Positions 61,798-64,000 of a DNA stretch of 64,000 nucleotides are shown one piece after another. The stretch comes from Octopus sinensis (Eukaryota), in contig NC_043001.1 in NCBI RefSeq assembly GCF_006345805.1, forward strand, positions 128,340,001 to 128,404,000, given 5' to 3'. The notes beneath the pieces are model-generated. The model saw only the letters and a list, made by a program, of their open reading frames with translations. It was not told the origin of the DNA and made no database searches. Each line of letters begins with the position of its first letter. Positions within the stretch are counted from its first letter, which is position 1. Both the position numbers and the translations under genes were made by a program.

Positions 61798-63599
61798 GAG
61801 CTGTTTATGTCTATAAAATAGCTCCTTTCGTTCTTCTCTCCGGCTACCTTGCCGTCTGTGCGTGTGCGGTCGTGTTTTTTGTGTATATGTAGGCGAAATA
61901 CAAATAGTTGTGCTTATGTATGTATGTACATGTCTATTATGTATCCAAACATGTCTATTTGCGTCGGTTACAGATATAAATATTTGTGTGTGTGTGTGTG
62001 TATATATTTTTTATTGCCGTGTCGATGAAGATGGTTGTTACTGGATGTAAAAATAATTCTCTTTTCTTTCTTTTTTTTTATCTCGACGAGGTTTTTTTTT
62101 AAAACTAGATTGCACGTGTGTACATCCGTATGTAATGCATTCTTATGGATGGATGGGTGTGCTAGTAAATATTGGCCTTGTGTGTGTAGTGTGAGCGTTT
62201 AGGGAGTGTGTGCATTTGTATACTTAGTGCTCAAATCATAAAGACCGATCGTCAACAATATTGTTGGAATTTAAATGCTGGAAAGATATTGAAAATATAA
62301 ACTACAAAATAGCAACATTATTTATTCTCGACTCGTTTTGGCTTTTTATGTTTACATAACGAATGTTATAATGTTATTAAGAGAATGCTTCTAGATACCC
62401 CTATGAATCTCAGTGTCCACATTGAATCTATTTTAAACATTCTTTCTCATTATAAAGTTTTATTTCCAAGGATTTGTAATCATGTTCTCTCTTTATATTT
62501 TCTAATGGTCACTGACGATTCAGAGATCGACCTTTATTTACACGAGTGGATTCTCCGAAATTCTCAGGGGCCTAAAGAGGACTTGAATGTACATACAGTA
62601 TGTAGAAAAATGCCGAAACATTAATTATATAGTGTTCCAGCTGTTTGGACCAATAAGCAGTACATATAAATACACCTATTCGGTGTTGGCAAGACAGGTC
62701 TACAGATTATTGTGACATGCTCCAAACACTGCCCTGTATTATACAAATAGTGGCTGGATATGATTTGACTGTGCTGGTGTGGGTGACACCAAAAGAAAAC
62801 TGCACACAGCTATAATGTTGATGTCTCTCGCGGCTTAAATTCACACAATTGCATGGAAGGATCATTGTCTATTTTATTTAATCGATCATAGTACATGATT
62901 AGCTAGTACACTTACTCTATCGGTGCCACAAGGAGGAAGCGCAGTCAGTCACAGCAAAATTTGGATTCAAAACGCAAAGCATTTAGTCCGGCTTTCCACC
63001 CATTGGGCCATTTACACTAATTTTTTATATAAGTAAATCATTTCAATTATAAAATGTAGATAATGATGTGAAGTGATGTGTTTCTTCTAATGAAGAATCG
63101 AAACTAAGTTTCACTATCACTATCATACAGCACTTGTCATGAACTCAATAAACGATAATTGCCATCATTAATTTGGAAACTTCGGTATTTGGGGAAAGTA
63201 GCTTGGATGGTTATTTGTAATATCCATAAACTTGTTGATTTTGTGTTACAAACGAATATGATATGATGTAGAGCTACAATAGTGTAACCGAACTATCGAG
63301 GAAAATGTAGGACTAAAAGTATTTGGTGAGATCGTAATTGACCTGTGTTTCCGACTTATCGATAAACTGACGTATTGTTTGTAAATCGATGTTCGTTCTC
63401 CGCAGTAATTGCTCTCTCTCTCTCTCTCTCTCTCCCCACTCTCGTTCCCATCACTTTTCATTCTATCTAGACTTTATTTTAAATCACAATGGGCCTTTTC
63501 TTTGAGTATGTTTCAGGACATTAGTTCGCCATTCTATCATGAAATATCATTCAAATGTAATTTCTCTTGGCTAGATAGACACAAAAGAATTTTGATTAT

Positions 63600-63977
63600 A
63601 CTCTTTTACTTGTTTCAGTCATTTGACTGCGGCCATGCTGGAGCACCGCCTTTAGTCGAGCAAATCGACCCCGGGACTTATTCTTTGTAAGCCCAGTACT
63701 TATTCTATCGGTCTCTTTTGCCGAACCGCTAAGTGACGGGGACGTAAACACACCAGCATCGGTTGTCAAGCAATGTTAGGGGGACAAACACAGACACACA
63801 AACATATACACACACACTTATATATATATACATATATACGACAGGCTTCTTTCAGTTTCCGTCTACCAAATCCACTCACAAGGCATTGGTCGGCCCGGGG
63901 CTATAGCAGAAGACACTTGCCCAAGATGCCACGCAGTGGGACTGAACCCGGAACCATGTGGTTGGTTAGCAAGCTTC
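63600..63977 (-). mobile_element. Family A SINE, young subfamily
   Basis: Complete tail and body; the head is cut by a poly-T run at the window end. Confidence 0.92.
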
Positions 63978-64000
63978 TTCTTTTTTTTTTTTTTTTTTTT

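Noticed and set aside
62480-62720. Plus-strand exon pair (EIDLYLHEWILRNSQ.. / LFGPISSTYKY..) and a minus-strand APE-starting exon
   Set aside because: The plus model needs a 43-nt intron. The APE is not followed by kinase subdomain IX residues.

Overview
AT-rich, repeat-dominated eukaryotic genomic DNA. The SINE families, RTE tails and microsatellite load point to an octopod cephalopod (Octopus sp.); this rests on my recollection of those repeats, not a search. It looks like a long-read scaffold, with a 100-N gap at 24037-24136 and homopolymer-type indels. No host gene can be named; there are only a few low-confidence candidate exons and a promoter-like motif cluster near 54.3 kb. Confident content: three R4/Dong-clade LINEs sitting in (TAA)n tracts (one probably intact), about 19 copies of one tRNA-derived SINE, RTE 3' ends, Deu/Nin-like SINEs, L1/Tx1-like ORF1 relics, Tc1/mariner relics, a helitron-like element and many micro/minisatellites. 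The most interesting signal is a set of short non-coding elements that look Penelope-derived. Several carry minimal hammerhead-ribozyme-like cores, and eight form head-to-head fold-back palindromes. One of these is a composite of a tRNA Pol III head, a (TAA)n linker and a hammerhead-bearing tail (39158-39793). Repeat boundaries are approximate, read by eye.
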